DNA of 64,000 nucleotides from an uncultured Methanosarcinales archaeon (lineage in GTDB: Archaea > Nanobdellota > Nanobdellia > Woesearchaeales > GW2011-AR9). The notes beneath the pieces were generated by a model. That model saw nothing but the letters and a program-made list of their open reading frames with translations, did not search any database and was not told where the DNA came from. Positions within the stretch are counted from its first letter, which is position 1. Every line of letters begins with the position of its first letter. The translations under genes and the position numbers were made by a program. The stretch covers positions 224,001 to 288,000 of the forward strand of contig CAYFMJ010000001.1 of NCBI GenBank assembly GCA_964344235.1, in the 5' to 3' direction. Shown here piece by piece: positions 28,409 to 37,695 of this stretch.

Positions 28409-29347
28409 TTAAATTTGCGGAATAAATACTTTCTTTGTTGTTATGGCAATGCCTTTGTCTTTAGTGTTTATTTCTACTCCGGACATTGCAGCAATGCCAA
28501 CGCAGATAAGCTCTCCTTTTAGAGAAAGAACTGCAACAGTTTCCCCTTTCTTGAAATTCTCAAGTTTACTAATCCCTGGGATTGCAACATCTCTACCGTG
28601 AGAAACGCTTTCGATTGTGGTGTCAAAGATCCAACATTTCGCTAAATGTTTTGTAGCATTCTCAATTGGTTGTAAACAGTAGCGTAAGTATTTTTCGTTC
28701 TGTTCTTCTTTGTAATAATGTAATGCGTCTTGGAGGTCGTTTAGCGTAACTAAGTTATCTTGCTCATTAAATGGCCCGGCTTGTGTTCTGCGTAGCTCAA
28801 CCATGTGGGCGCCTGTCTTAAGCGCTTGCCCAAGATCGTGGCAAAGTTTTCGAATATACGTTCCTGCTTGACATTTTACGCGAAACAACACGTCTTGTTT
28901 TTGGATTTCAATAATTTCAAATTCATAAATCTCTCGTGTTCGAAGTTGTCTTTTCACCGCGCTCTTCACAGGGGGAAGTTGTTTGATTTTACCAATAAAT
29001 TGGCTGATTGTCTCTCGTAATGTTGTTTCTTCCACCGGCTTATGAAGGTGCATTAAACATACGTATTCTTTCGGTGCTGTGAGAAGAAATTGGGTAATCC
29101 TCGTTGCACTGCAAATCGCAATTGGTTGCACGCCAGCTACTTGGGGATCGAGGGTCCCAGAATGTCCTGCTTTCGATACGTTGAGAATTTTTTTAACATA
29201 ATCGGACGTTTGATGGGACGTTGGTCCTCTCGGTTTGTCAATGTTGATAATGCTGTACTGGAGAAGTTCTTCTGTTGAACGTTCTTGTGGCGGTTTACCA
29301 AACTCTCCCATAGCTTCTTTTTTTACAAATAATTGTCTCTGTTTCAT
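28409..29347 (-). CDS. cbf5: H/ACA pseudouridine synthase Cbf5 (TruB family)
   Basis: IDKPRGPTSHQ, GHSGTLDP, CQAGTYIRKLCHDLG, LRRTQAG, PUA domain. Confidence 0.95.
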   Translation of the reverse strand: MKQRQLFVKKEAMGEFGKPPQERSTEELLQYSIINIDKPRGPTSHQTSDYVKKILNVSKAGHSGTLDPQVAGVQPIAICSATRITQFLLTAPKEYVCLMHLHKPVEETTLRETISQFIGKIKQLPPVKSAVKRQLRTREIYEFEIIEIQKQDVLFRVKCQAGTYIRKLCHDLGQALKTGAHMVELRRTQAGPFNEQDNLVTLNDLQDALHYYKEEQNEKYLRYCLQPIENATKHLAKCWIFDTTIESVSHGRDVAIPGISKLENFKKGETVAVLSLKGELICVGIAAMSGVEINTKDKGIAITTKKVFIPQI

Positions 29348-29383
29348 TACTGTTGAAAGAAAGAAGGTATTTTAAAAAATCTT

Positions 29384-29737
29384 CTACGCTTTCACAGCTT
29401 TCTTTGCTGCTTCGACTTTTTCTGCTAATTTGGACTTCGGTTTTTTCTCAACTTTTGGCTGTTCTTTTATTGTTACACCAAATAAGTTTGCTTTCACAAC
29501 ACCTTTTTCATCTTTGGTTACGTTTACTTTGATGTGGTGTGGTGGGTTTCGAATACCGTGTTTCCATAATTCATTGTTTACTTCTTTTCCTAATTTGATG
29601 TTGTCAGATTTCATGTGGCGAGCGAGGAATTGTCGTAATGCTGTTACCGCTTTCTTCGTTCGTTTCCATCGGGGAACTTTCATGTACTCTTTGCGAAGAG
29701 GTACGTTGTATGTTCTTTCGATTGTTTTTGCTGCCAT
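29384..29737 (-). CDS. rpl31e: 50S ribosomal protein L31e
   Basis: ERTYNVPLR, RTKKAV, NNELWKHGIRNPPHHIKV. Confidence 0.95.
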   Translation of the reverse strand: MAAKTIERTYNVPLRKEYMKVPRWKRTKKAVTALRQFLARHMKSDNIKLGKEVNNELWKHGIRNPPHHIKVNVTKDEKGVVKANLFGVTIKEQPKVEKKPKSKLAEKVEAAKKAVKA

Positions 29738-29742
29738 TGTAA

Positions 29743-29916
29743 TTATACTTTTGTTTTACCACGTTTCCAGTTTCGCTTCACATGTGTGTGGCGAGAAGGG
29801 TGTACTCGTCTTCCTTTACCATAAATTTTGAAGACTGTCCAGAATGGTGCCCATTTTGTTTGATCGTTTTTCTTAATCAGGCGTTTCTTTTTTGCTGGAT
29901 GTTTGTTTCGTGCCAT
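29743..29916 (-). CDS. rpl39e: 50S ribosomal protein L39e (missing from ORF track, 57 aa)
   Basis: Translated by hand: MARNKHPAKKKRLIKKNDQTKWAPFWTVFKIYGKGRRVHPSRHTHVKRNWKRGKTKV; canonical position between S19e and L31e. Confidence 0.92.
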   Translation of the reverse strand: MARNKHPAKKKRLIKKNDQTKWAPFWTVFKIYGKGRRVHPSRHTHVKRNWKRGKTKV

Positions 29917-29927
29917 TGTCTTAATTA

Positions 29928-30359
29928 TTATTTTTGTTTTGCAATCTGTACTGCGATTTTGTCTAGGAATGAAGTTCCTTTTGGTGTGAGGATTCTTCCT
30001 TTGTGGTTGCCTTTCTCTGCTTGCTTTACTAATTCTGCTTTTTCAAGTTGTTGTAAGATTTTTCGAATAATGGATCCTGATGCTTTGTAAAATCGTTCTG
30101 GTTTGTGGCCACGATTCTTTTTTCCACCATACTTGGTTCGTAATTTTTCTGTGCCTACAGGACCTCTACTGGCGATAGTTCGTAAGATAGCAGCGGAACG
30201 GAAGTACCACCAATCTTGACTGTCTGGAAGGCGTTCTCTGTTTGTACCTGTCTTTACAAACTGGCTCCATTCAGTTGGTTGTACTAATTTCTGGCTTTTG
30301 AGTTCTTCCGCAGCTTTGGTAATTAATTGCTGTGGGTCTACGAATAAGATATGGGTCAT
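29928..30359 (-). CDS. rps19e: 30S ribosomal protein S19e
   Basis: FVKTG, DWWYFRSAAILR, KYGGKKNRGHKP, SGSIIRKILQQLE. Confidence 0.96.
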   Translation of the reverse strand: MTHILFVDPQQLITKAAEELKSQKLVQPTEWSQFVKTGTNRERLPDSQDWWYFRSAAILRTIASRGPVGTEKLRTKYGGKKNRGHKPERFYKASGSIIRKILQQLEKAELVKQAEKGNHKGRILTPKGTSFLDKIAVQIAKQK

Positions 30360-30464
30360 AGTGTTTCGGGGAGGTGGGTTCTTTATAAAGTTTACTGCTG
30401 TTCTATGAGGGAAAGGTTTAAATATACTGATTTTCTTCTTTGGATGATCAAAGAGGGAGTTTGG

Positions 30465-31937
30465 ATGAAGAATAAGGCATGGCGCGTTGTATTATTACTG
30501 GTTCTTGTTACGTCGTTGTTTTTGAGTGGATGTAGTTTGCCTGATAATCCTGAAACTGAAGAAGTGTTTGATTATGTTGTTACGTTTGCTTGGGCTAAAG
30601 ATATTGGTGTTTTGAAAGAGCCTCTAGCACCGTTTGATGGTTTAGTTAGGATACTACTGTTAGTTGTTTTAATTTTGGGTTTGATGAAGGGTGGTGAAGC
30701 TATCGGGTTAGATACCGGTGTAGCTGCGGGTATCGCAATCGCAGTTGCGAGTATGGTGGCTTTCTTGGTTCCATCAACAATCATTTTTGCAGGTGCAACA
30801 GGTTATACGGTTATATTTTCGATATTAGTTGCTGGTTTACCAATAGCTCTGTTATTTTTAGCATTCTTTGCGTTTAATGCGCGAACGACGTTTGGAAAAT
30901 GGGGAAGGGTCATTGTGATGACTATTTCTGTGGTTGTACTGCATCTTGTCCGTACGGCTCTTGAAAGTTATTTGGACCCTTGGCAGATTGGTGATTTTTT
31001 TGAGGCTCCATGGACTGCAATAACTAGGCTCATTAGTAGTGGGGATCTGGGGTCTGGTGGTATTGTTGAAGGAGTTACTCATGCAGTTGCTGATCCAGTC
31101 CATTCAATATTTGGATTTGTGTTATTCCTAGCATACATTCTTTTATTTTGGTCAATATTCCAAGCACTGACTACTCTTGGTGGAGCGAACCGTCACAGAC
31201 CAAATGCTTTTGGGAGGGCTGGCGATTGGGTTAAGAATCATATCTCAGGTACTGAAGCAAGTAGATTAAGAAGAAGCCAATCAAGAGAAGCGACAAGAGT
31301 TTTGAATGACTTGGTCGTTGAGAAAGAGATTAAGGGGGAGTTAGAGGATTTGAGGAAAAAGAAGCTTAATACTTACATGAACCATGTGTCTGATGTCGGT
31401 GGTGCTACGCCGCAGTTTAAGTCTTTAGAGGATTTAACAACGTTTGAGAACGATTTTAAGAAGGTCTATGATGCTTTCAAAAAATTGTCTGATGACCGAG
31501 ATTGGAAAGCAAGTCAAAGAAAAGAATCGATAGAAGTGCAGCGCCTTATTAAGCGTATGGAAAGCCACGACATTGATACTGAAAATATTGCCGTTCAAGA
31601 ACAGCAGTTATTAAAGAGATACGTTGCTGTTCGTGATCAATTAAGGAAAGCTTCTGCTGCTTTTACAACATTGATGCGGGCTCATTTTGCTTTGTATAAA
31701 CGGGTTAAGATAATGTATGATGCCCTAGGTAGATCTGATAAAACGGCGTTGTTGAAACCAGTGCCTCTGCCGGCTGGGGCAATAAATAACCTGAAAAAAG
31801 TGCAGGCTGCTGCCGTTACGTTTGACGATGCTCTTGGGCAGGCCATCAAATTTGAGGATGAAGCAATTGCAAGTACTGGAGTGTTAAGTAAGATGGTTGA
31901 CGATGTCAATGAATCTTGGATTGCACGTACTTCTTAG
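30465..31937 (+). CDS. Hypothetical lipobox membrane protein with C-terminal helical domain
   Basis: ATG 30465 after AGAGGGAG; LFLSGC lipobox; several TM; charged helical tail. Confidence 0.6.
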   Translation: MKNKAWRVVLLLVLVTSLFLSGCSLPDNPETEEVFDYVVTFAWAKDIGVLKEPLAPFDGLVRILLLVVLILGLMKGGEAIGLDTGVAAGIAIAVASMVAFLVPSTIIFAGATGYTVIFSILVAGLPIALLFLAFFAFNARTTFGKWGRVIVMTISVVVLHLVRTALESYLDPWQIGDFFEAPWTAITRLISSGDLGSGGIVEGVTHAVADPVHSIFGFVLFLAYILLFWSIFQALTTLGGANRHRPNAFGRAGDWVKNHISGTEASRLRRSQSREATRVLNDLVVEKEIKGELEDLRKKKLNTYMNHVSDVGGATPQFKSLEDLTTFENDFKKVYDAFKKLSDDRDWKASQRKESIEVQRLIKRMESHDIDTENIAVQEQQLLKRYVAVRDQLRKASAAFTTLMRAHFALYKRVKIMYDALGRSDKTALLKPVPLPAGAINNLKKVQAAAVTFDDALGQAIKFEDEAIASTGVLSKMVDDVNESWIARTS

Positions 31938-33028
31938 AAAGTTGGCTGAACTCTTTCACTAAAGCTCACTTCCTGTGCGTCCGCGACATTCATTAGGTGT
32001 GCTGCCCATGCTTGGTCAGCTTCCTCTAATGCTGCTTCTCGTGTCTGTTCAGCTGCAACCTCTAAATCAACTCTTGCAGGGATGTTAACTTCTTGTCCTG
32101 CGAAGTGTCGATCTTTCACATCATTAATGTAGTTTATTACTTCTCTAGGTTCTTCATCAAGTTCCTGTGAGAAACTGTTAGTAAACCTGAGTAATGATTC
32201 TGCACGTACTTCAAATAATTTAGGAGCTCCTGATTCGGCTGCTTGTTCTAAGTCCCATGCCAATTGGTTTTGAGCTCTTTCGATTGCAGCAGTTCTGTAG
32301 CTTCTAAGTTCTTGATTATCGTTTGCAGCTAATTGTACGTCGACATTACCAATCAATGTTTGATAAAATGCTTCGGTGATCGGTACCTGTGGGCCTTCGG
32401 AAGGTCCTGCCATTGGCTGTGAACCTGTGGCTTCGACAAACCTTCCTAACGATTCTGCAAATTGTTGTTCCATGTATTCTCCTTTCTTTTTGGTGGTTAC
32501 GGCGAACCGATTAGTTCCAATAACATTTGTAATCCCAGAAAGTGCAGTAGAATACACTATTCCATCATATGACACTGGGCCTTCTTGGTTACTGCCTGCT
32601 GGTCTTAATGGTTTTTCTGTAAGGCTTTCAAGGTCTGCTCTTTGAGCTTCATATTCTTCGATTAATCTTGGGTGCCAACCTTTTGATTGTAATGTTCTAA
32701 CGACTCCATTGATTCTGTTGTAGCTATCTTCAACCTTAACTGTTTGGGTTAATGCACCTACATCTTCAACAAGTGGCGTAATAGTGTGTTCCTCTCTCGC
32801 AAGGGTTCTTGCAACGTAGGTCTCAACTTTTTCCATCGGGTGAACTTTTGATCTTTCGTCGAGCATTTTTAATGCAATTGCTCTCTGAATCAGGGGTTTG
32901 TGGTCAGCTAAGTCTAATCCAAGATCTGCCATTTGCATACTAGCAATATTAATTCGTGCAGCGAAGCCGCTATATGTGGGCATTCTTAATGCCTCACCAA
33001 TTTTTCCCTGTAAATCGTATTGTGCCAT
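31934..33028 (-). CDS. Hypothetical acidic protein
   Basis: 364-codon ORF with own TATA; no recognised motif. Confidence 0.6.
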   Translation of the reverse strand: MAQYDLQGKIGEALRMPTYSGFAARINIASMQMADLGLDLADHKPLIQRAIALKMLDERSKVHPMEKVETYVARTLAREEHTITPLVEDVGALTQTVKVEDSYNRINGVVRTLQSKGWHPRLIEEYEAQRADLESLTEKPLRPAGSNQEGPVSYDGIVYSTALSGITNVIGTNRFAVTTKKKGEYMEQQFAESLGRFVEATGSQPMAGPSEGPQVPITEAFYQTLIGNVDVQLAANDNQELRSYRTAAIERAQNQLAWDLEQAAESGAPKLFEVRAESLLRFTNSFSQELDEEPREVINYINDVKDRHFAGQEVNIPARVDLEVAAEQTREAALEEADQAWAAHLMNVADAQEVSFSERVQPTF

Positions 33029-33073
33029 TTTACTATGTAGATACAGAGGTACTATATAAATCTTTTGTCTTTT

Positions 33074-33091
33074 TTGTCACTGAACAGTGAG
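33074..33091. promoter_or_regulatory. Imperfect palindrome TGTCAC-N6-GTGAGT upstream of a TATA box
   Basis: Same left half-site and similar TATA spacing as 35808-35825. Confidence 0.45.
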
Positions 33092-33150
33092 TAAGAATGT
33101 GTGTTGGGGGCCCGCAAGCCTTATAAACCAAATTATCTTTTCTGGGTTAT

Positions 33151-33705
33151 ATGAAAAAGCAGTGGTTGATGGTTGTACTAGTCTCTTTCTCAGCGTTTCT
33201 GGCAGGATGCTCTCCCGGTAGCACGTTTGATAATGTATGGAACAAGATCTTAGATGTTGGAAATGTGAAGTTTTTAGGGAATGGAGATGCAATTCTCGGG
33301 TTTTCTCGGCTCCTCATTTGGTTGTTTATTTTCACTGTATTTTATGCAGTTATTTTAGGAATGCGGGGGGGTAAGGATGAAAAAGGATATGCGCCAATGA
33401 GTTTCTTTACCAATGCACAAGCAGGTGTTATTTCAGCGATTATTGCAACGGTTTCAGCTATCTTTTTGCCTAAACAGGTATTAGCGGCAACAGGAGTGGG
33501 TTGGGCAACGTTTATGGGGCTGGTGTTAATTGGCGGGCCGATTGTAGGAATTGCATTATTAATGTGGAAATGGCCTGGGCATGATAAAGATGGTAAGAGC
33601 TTAGAGACAAAGTGGTCAGTAGCGACTAAGATTATTTTATGCGCATTATTACTATGGATTTTGGGAGCGATGCGGCATCATGTAGCGGGGTTGGGTTTAT
33701 CATAA
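33151..33705 (+). CDS. Hypothetical lipobox membrane protein, paralogue of the N-terminal half of 30465-31937
   Basis: FLAGC lipobox; TM pattern aligns by eye with the 30465 protein. Confidence 0.6.
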   Translation: MKKQWLMVVLVSFSAFLAGCSPGSTFDNVWNKILDVGNVKFLGNGDAILGFSRLLIWLFIFTVFYAVILGMRGGKDEKGYAPMSFFTNAQAGVISAIIATVSAIFLPKQVLAATGVGWATFMGLVLIGGPIVGIALLMWKWPGHDKDGKSLETKWSVATKIILCALLLWILGAMRHHVAGLGLS

Positions 33706-33706
33706 A

Positions 33707-34513
33707 ATGGTTAACGATGCAATAATCAGTGCGGAAGTGGGAAAAACGGTTGCACAGTTTATCGACTATGCGATGGTTGTTGTTATTATACTGATTATTT
33801 GGTATGTTGGAAAATTCTTTTTCGTTTCACCACCGACGAAAGCTGAGAGAGATGCTCGGAGAGCGGAAGCAAGTGCGAACCGTGAACGAGCGTTGGGCTG
33901 GTTCAAAGACAAGATGGAGGCGGATAAGAAAGCTGGAGAACATGGCCGAAGGCATGATGAAGTAGCATACATCAGAAGACATTTATTGGAAGCACAGACA
34001 AGAGCAAGACACGCTATTCATTCTTTAGAGTTAGCTGAAAGAGCGAGTGATGAAAGCAGTAGGCACAGGGTGGCTAGGACGATGCGTCGTGACTTACGAC
34101 GATTAGAACATGAGCTACATAGAGCTGTTCGCGCACTAGATCATAGAAAACATGATGAGAAACATTTCCCTGGTTTTGCTGATTTAGCTGGTTCGGCAGG
34201 GAGTTTATTGACGCAGGTTGAACATGCACTCCATACGGAACTTGACGAGTTGGAGGATGCTGTTGGGGAGAGTGGGGATACGTGGGATAGTGCTGTTGCG
34301 AAGTTGAAAGAAATGATTCATGACGATTTTGTTCGAGGCTGTGGCGCGATTGTGAAGAATTTGGATGAATTTATTAAGAATGATAAGATGGATTCTTTGG
34401 GGGATTTAGTGACTGCGAGTGCGAGAAGGCAAGCGCAACAAAATGCCGCGGCCGGTCAGGTTCAGCAGGGTGCAGGGAGACGACCGCGTGCAGTCGTGAG
34501 AAGAAGACCTTAA
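33707..34513 (+). CDS. Hypothetical single-TM helical protein
   Basis: One TM then Arg/His-rich helical region; starts 1 nt after the upstream stop. Confidence 0.55.
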   Translation: MVNDAIISAEVGKTVAQFIDYAMVVVIILIIWYVGKFFFVSPPTKAERDARRAEASANRERALGWFKDKMEADKKAGEHGRRHDEVAYIRRHLLEAQTRARHAIHSLELAERASDESSRHRVARTMRRDLRRLEHELHRAVRALDHRKHDEKHFPGFADLAGSAGSLLTQVEHALHTELDELEDAVGESGDTWDSAVAKLKEMIHDDFVRGCGAIVKNLDEFIKNDKMDSLGDLVTASARRQAQQNAAAGQVQQGAGRRPRAVVRRRP

Positions 34514-35763
34514 CTCTCTGGTGCAATAAATTCATAGATAACTGCTTCTACTGGTGCTTTGTCTGCGTCGTATGATGTAACAGCAAAGTAATTTGTTCCT
34601 GGGTTGAATTGCCAAGGTTCGTCATCTTCGATGTAAATGACAGGGACTTCTTCGCCTTCGATAATGGTTGTTTCCTCTGCTACCCTTACGTCAAGGAGAG
34701 CCTCAACGCCTTCATGTCTGCTGCCAATTTGAAGTTGGTGGTAATGGCCTGCATATACGCCCGATGCATGGCTAGCATATTCTATTGTTACTTCACTGGG
34801 GCCATTCCCAGTTACGTCCGCGGCGTTTATTGGAAGTTTGTGCGAAAGATAAATATCTACCTCTTCTGGTTTTCCTAAGCGGGTACGTTCTGCTTGTTTT
34901 TTCTCTTTGAGTCGTGCTAACTTTTCCTGTCCTGAGGAAATACTCTCCTCAAGTCTTCCATTGTCTCGTAACTTTGTAAGTCCTTTTCTTAATTTCTCTG
35001 GTATTTCGACTCCATCTGGGTCTTCACGAAACTTTGTAAATATGTTAATGGTGGCTTCTAGATTTGGAACACTATAGCCTGTATCGTAATCTGGGGAGAA
35101 AGGTTGGACGACAGCAGTAATTAGGGGTGTTTGTGAATATGCGCGCGGAATTTCCCAAGAATTGAAGTCTCCTTTTATAGTCATTTCTATACCTGTTTTT
35201 CCTTTAATGACCACCCTGTCAGGGGCTGCGATTGTTTCTACAAATGTTATTGTTTCTCCAAGAATCTCATACGCTAATGTTAGGTCGTGGTTGCCTGCAA
35301 CTCCTATGATTGGGGCGTATTCGTCTATTCCTTCTAGAAGTGGAATCATAGAAGTGTAACTTGTAGTAATTGTGTCTAGGATGAGTGGTGTTGTGATAGC
35401 ATCCCGTTTTCTTACTGCTTCTATAAGGATATCTTTTGTTCCTTCGTCAAGATCGGCGTGTTTTACAACGCCATTCTCGCCATGTTCTTCAACGATTTGC
35501 CTGATTGTGTCTTGCGCTGCTTGAAACTCTGGCTGCTGAGCTGCTTCATTTAAACCAGCAAGAACCCTGTCGATGGTTCTATCTTCACTGTCTCCCCGCG
35601 AATTAGCATCTTTTGGTGTGCCTTCAATAAAGTCACCAGTGAGAAAGACGGCGTCTACTTCGTCATCTGAACCTGCATAATCTGCAGCATATTGCCTAAG
35701 AACTTCTAATTTCCACGTTTGATCATGGATGTCAGTAGCGTGCAAAATGTTGAATTCGGCCAT
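34510..35763 (-). CDS. Calcineurin-like metallophosphoesterase with large insertions
   Basis: TDIH, TGD, GNHD, SH, GHYH in order. Confidence 0.8.
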   Translation of the reverse strand: MAEFNILHATDIHDQTWKLEVLRQYAADYAGSDDEVDAVFLTGDFIEGTPKDANSRGDSEDRTIDRVLAGLNEAAQQPEFQAAQDTIRQIVEEHGENGVVKHADLDEGTKDILIEAVRKRDAITTPLILDTITTSYTSMIPLLEGIDEYAPIIGVAGNHDLTLAYEILGETITFVETIAAPDRVVIKGKTGIEMTIKGDFNSWEIPRAYSQTPLITAVVQPFSPDYDTGYSVPNLEATINIFTKFREDPDGVEIPEKLRKGLTKLRDNGRLEESISSGQEKLARLKEKKQAERTRLGKPEEVDIYLSHKLPINAADVTGNGPSEVTIEYASHASGVYAGHYHQLQIGSRHEGVEALLDVRVAEETTIIEGEEVPVIYIEDDEPWQFNPGTNYFAVTSYDADKAPVEAVIYEFIAPES

Positions 35764-35807
35764 ATAATATCCATAGAATTAGTACTTTATAAGAGTTTTG
35801 GGTATTT

Positions 35808-35825
35808 TGTCACTGTTTGGTGACA
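35808..35825. promoter_or_regulatory. Perfect palindrome TGTCAC-N6-GTGACA upstream of a TATA box
   Basis: TGTCACTGTTTGGTGACA; minus-strand TTATAAA follows at 35792-35786. Confidence 0.5.
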
Positions 35826-36080
35826 TTAAGATATTCTGATCTTTTGACCCAGTGCTTGACCTGGAAGACCTGCTTCTACAAAAATAGCTCGGACTGCTCC
35901 TTTTCTCCCATGTAATGCTGAGATCTTGCCTGAAATAGCTTTTCCCGCTGGAGAAGTCCAGGTAACAGTTTTACCAATAAGTTTCTCTGCTTCTTCCACC
36001 GTTTCTGCTACTTGGAGAATCATCTGTTTATTATTTTGGTGGTGCCGTCCCTGACGGAAATGCATAATTGTTGCTTCCAT
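35826..36080 (-). CDS. rpl35ae: 50S ribosomal protein L35Ae
   Basis: FRQGRHHQ, LIGKTVTW, GKISALHGRKGAVRA, GLPGQALG. Confidence 0.93.
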   Translation of the reverse strand: MEATIMHFRQGRHHQNNKQMILQVAETVEEAEKLIGKTVTWTSPAGKAISGKISALHGRKGAVRAIFVEAGLPGQALGQKIRIS

Positions 36081-36180
36081 GAGACGTTTGAACTATGGGT
36101 TTTTTATAAAGGTTTTTGTTTGATTATGGTCATTCTTTACTATCTAAATTATTAAAAACAGAAGAGTTGGTTTAAGTTGT

Positions 36181-37695
36181 ATGATAAAAGGGCAGGTGGT
36201 AGCAGGTGATTTTGGAAAGATTGTTGTGAGGGTTAAGTCAGATCGACCTGTTGAATTGGGAGAATTGTTAGTTATTGAACATAATGGTGAAAAGTTTATT
36301 CTGCAAGTATATGATTTGTTGTATGGGAGTCAGATAAGTCAGCAGAATTTAGAGATGGTTGCAGGAATGGATTTAGAGGAATCTGGCTTTGTGATGATGG
36401 ATGAGAAATTGCGCAATTATCAATTGGCGCAGTGTTCGTTGTTGTTAACAGTAGGTTCTAGTACGAGAACGTGTAAACATTTGCCAACATTCTTTACAAA
36501 GGTTCGTAGTATCAAGAAAGAAGATTTGGCGTTTATTACAAAACCACGGAACCCATTGTTTTTGGGGGGGTTACGGAGTGGGAGTCAGCATATTGAGTTT
36601 GATGTCTTTCTGCCAGGGAAAGATGTGTTATCGCACCATGTGTTAATTCCTGCGAGTACTGGAAAAGGAAAATCGAATTTAATGAAAACGATGTTGTGGA
36701 ATCTTGCTGATACTGATTATGCAGGTGTGTTGGTATTAGATCCACATGATGAGTATTATGGCAGAGCGGGAGTTGGGTTGAAAGATCACCCTCGGCGGGA
36801 AAAAGTTGTATATTACACTCCTGTCAATCCTCCGCCGGGAGCAAGATCGTTGAAGATTCATGTTGAAAAATTAAAACCAGAACATTTTATGGGAGCGATT
36901 TCGTTAAGTGATCCGCAACGAGGTTGTTTACATGGGTATTACAAGAAGTTTCGTGAGAGGTGGATTGAAAGTATTTTACGGGAAGAAAGAATTGAGAATG
37001 TGAAGTTTCACGAGGATACACTTGCTGTTGTGAAGCGGAAGTTAATTGCGTTGTTAGGAATAGAGTTTGTTGATGGAAGAATGACTTGCCAGGGCATTTT
37101 TGATACTGTTGCTGGGGAAAATACCGTGTTTGAAATTTGTAAAGAGTTGGAGAGTGGAAAAATAGTTGTGATTGATACAAGTTTTTTTTCAGGAGCGTTA
37201 GAGATTATGGTTGGAAGTATTATTACATCTGAAATGTTTCAGAGGTATAAGAACTATAAACGGCGAGGAGAGTTGCGTGATAAGCCGGTTGTATCTGTTG
37301 TGTTAGAAGAAGCGCCTCGTGTATTGGGGAAAAAAGTGTTAGAAAGAGGAAGTAATATTTTTGATACATTAGCTAGGGAAGGTAGGAAGTTTAAAGTTGG
37401 TCTCATTGCAATTACGCAAATTCCATCGGAGATTCCACGGAATATTTTAGCAAACATGAACACAAAGATTATTCTCGGAATTGAGATGGCTGCGGAGAGG
37501 GGAGCGGTGATAGATTCTGCACCGCAAGATTTGAGTAAAGATAATCGAACAATAGCGGCGTTGGATAAAGGTGAGGCGTTGGTCACTTCTACATTTACAC
37601 GATTTGCAGTGCCGATTAAGATTCCACTATTTGAAGAAGTTGTTAAAAAGAAAAAAGAAGAAAAAACGTATCACGTGGATACTAGTTTGTTTTAG
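36181..37695 (+). CDS. herA: HerA-like ATPase (HAS barrel plus DUF87)
   Basis: Walker [28 protein letters not shown]-like [21 protein letters not shown]. Confidence 0.85.
   Translation: MIKGQVVAGDFGKIVVRVKSDRPVELGELLVIEHNGEKFILQVYDLLYGSQISQQNLEMVAGMDLEESGFVMMDEKLRNYQLAQCSLLLTVGSSTRTCKHLPTFFTKVRSIKKEDLAFITKPRNPLFLGGLRSGSQHIEFDVFLPGKDVLSHHVLIPASTGKGKSNLMKTMLWNLADTDYAGVLVLDPHDEYYGRAGVGLKDHPRREKVVYYTPVNPPPGARSLKIHVEKLKPEHFMGAISLSDPQRGCLHGYYKKFRERWIESILREERIENVKFHEDTLAVVKRKLIALLGIEFVDGRMTCQGIFDTVAGENTVFEICKELESGKIVVIDTSFFSGALEIMVGSIITSEMFQRYKNYKRRGELRDKPVVSVVLEEAPRVLGKKVLERGSNIFDTLAREGRKFKVGLIAITQIPSEIPRNILANMNTKIILGIEMAAERGAVIDSAPQDLSKDNRTIAALDKGEALVTSTFTRFAVPIKIPLFEEVVKKKKEEKTYHVDTSLF

Noticed and set aside
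35808-35825. Terminator for rpl35ae
   Set aside because: Followed by an A-rich rather than U-rich tract on the coding strand; fits better as an operator
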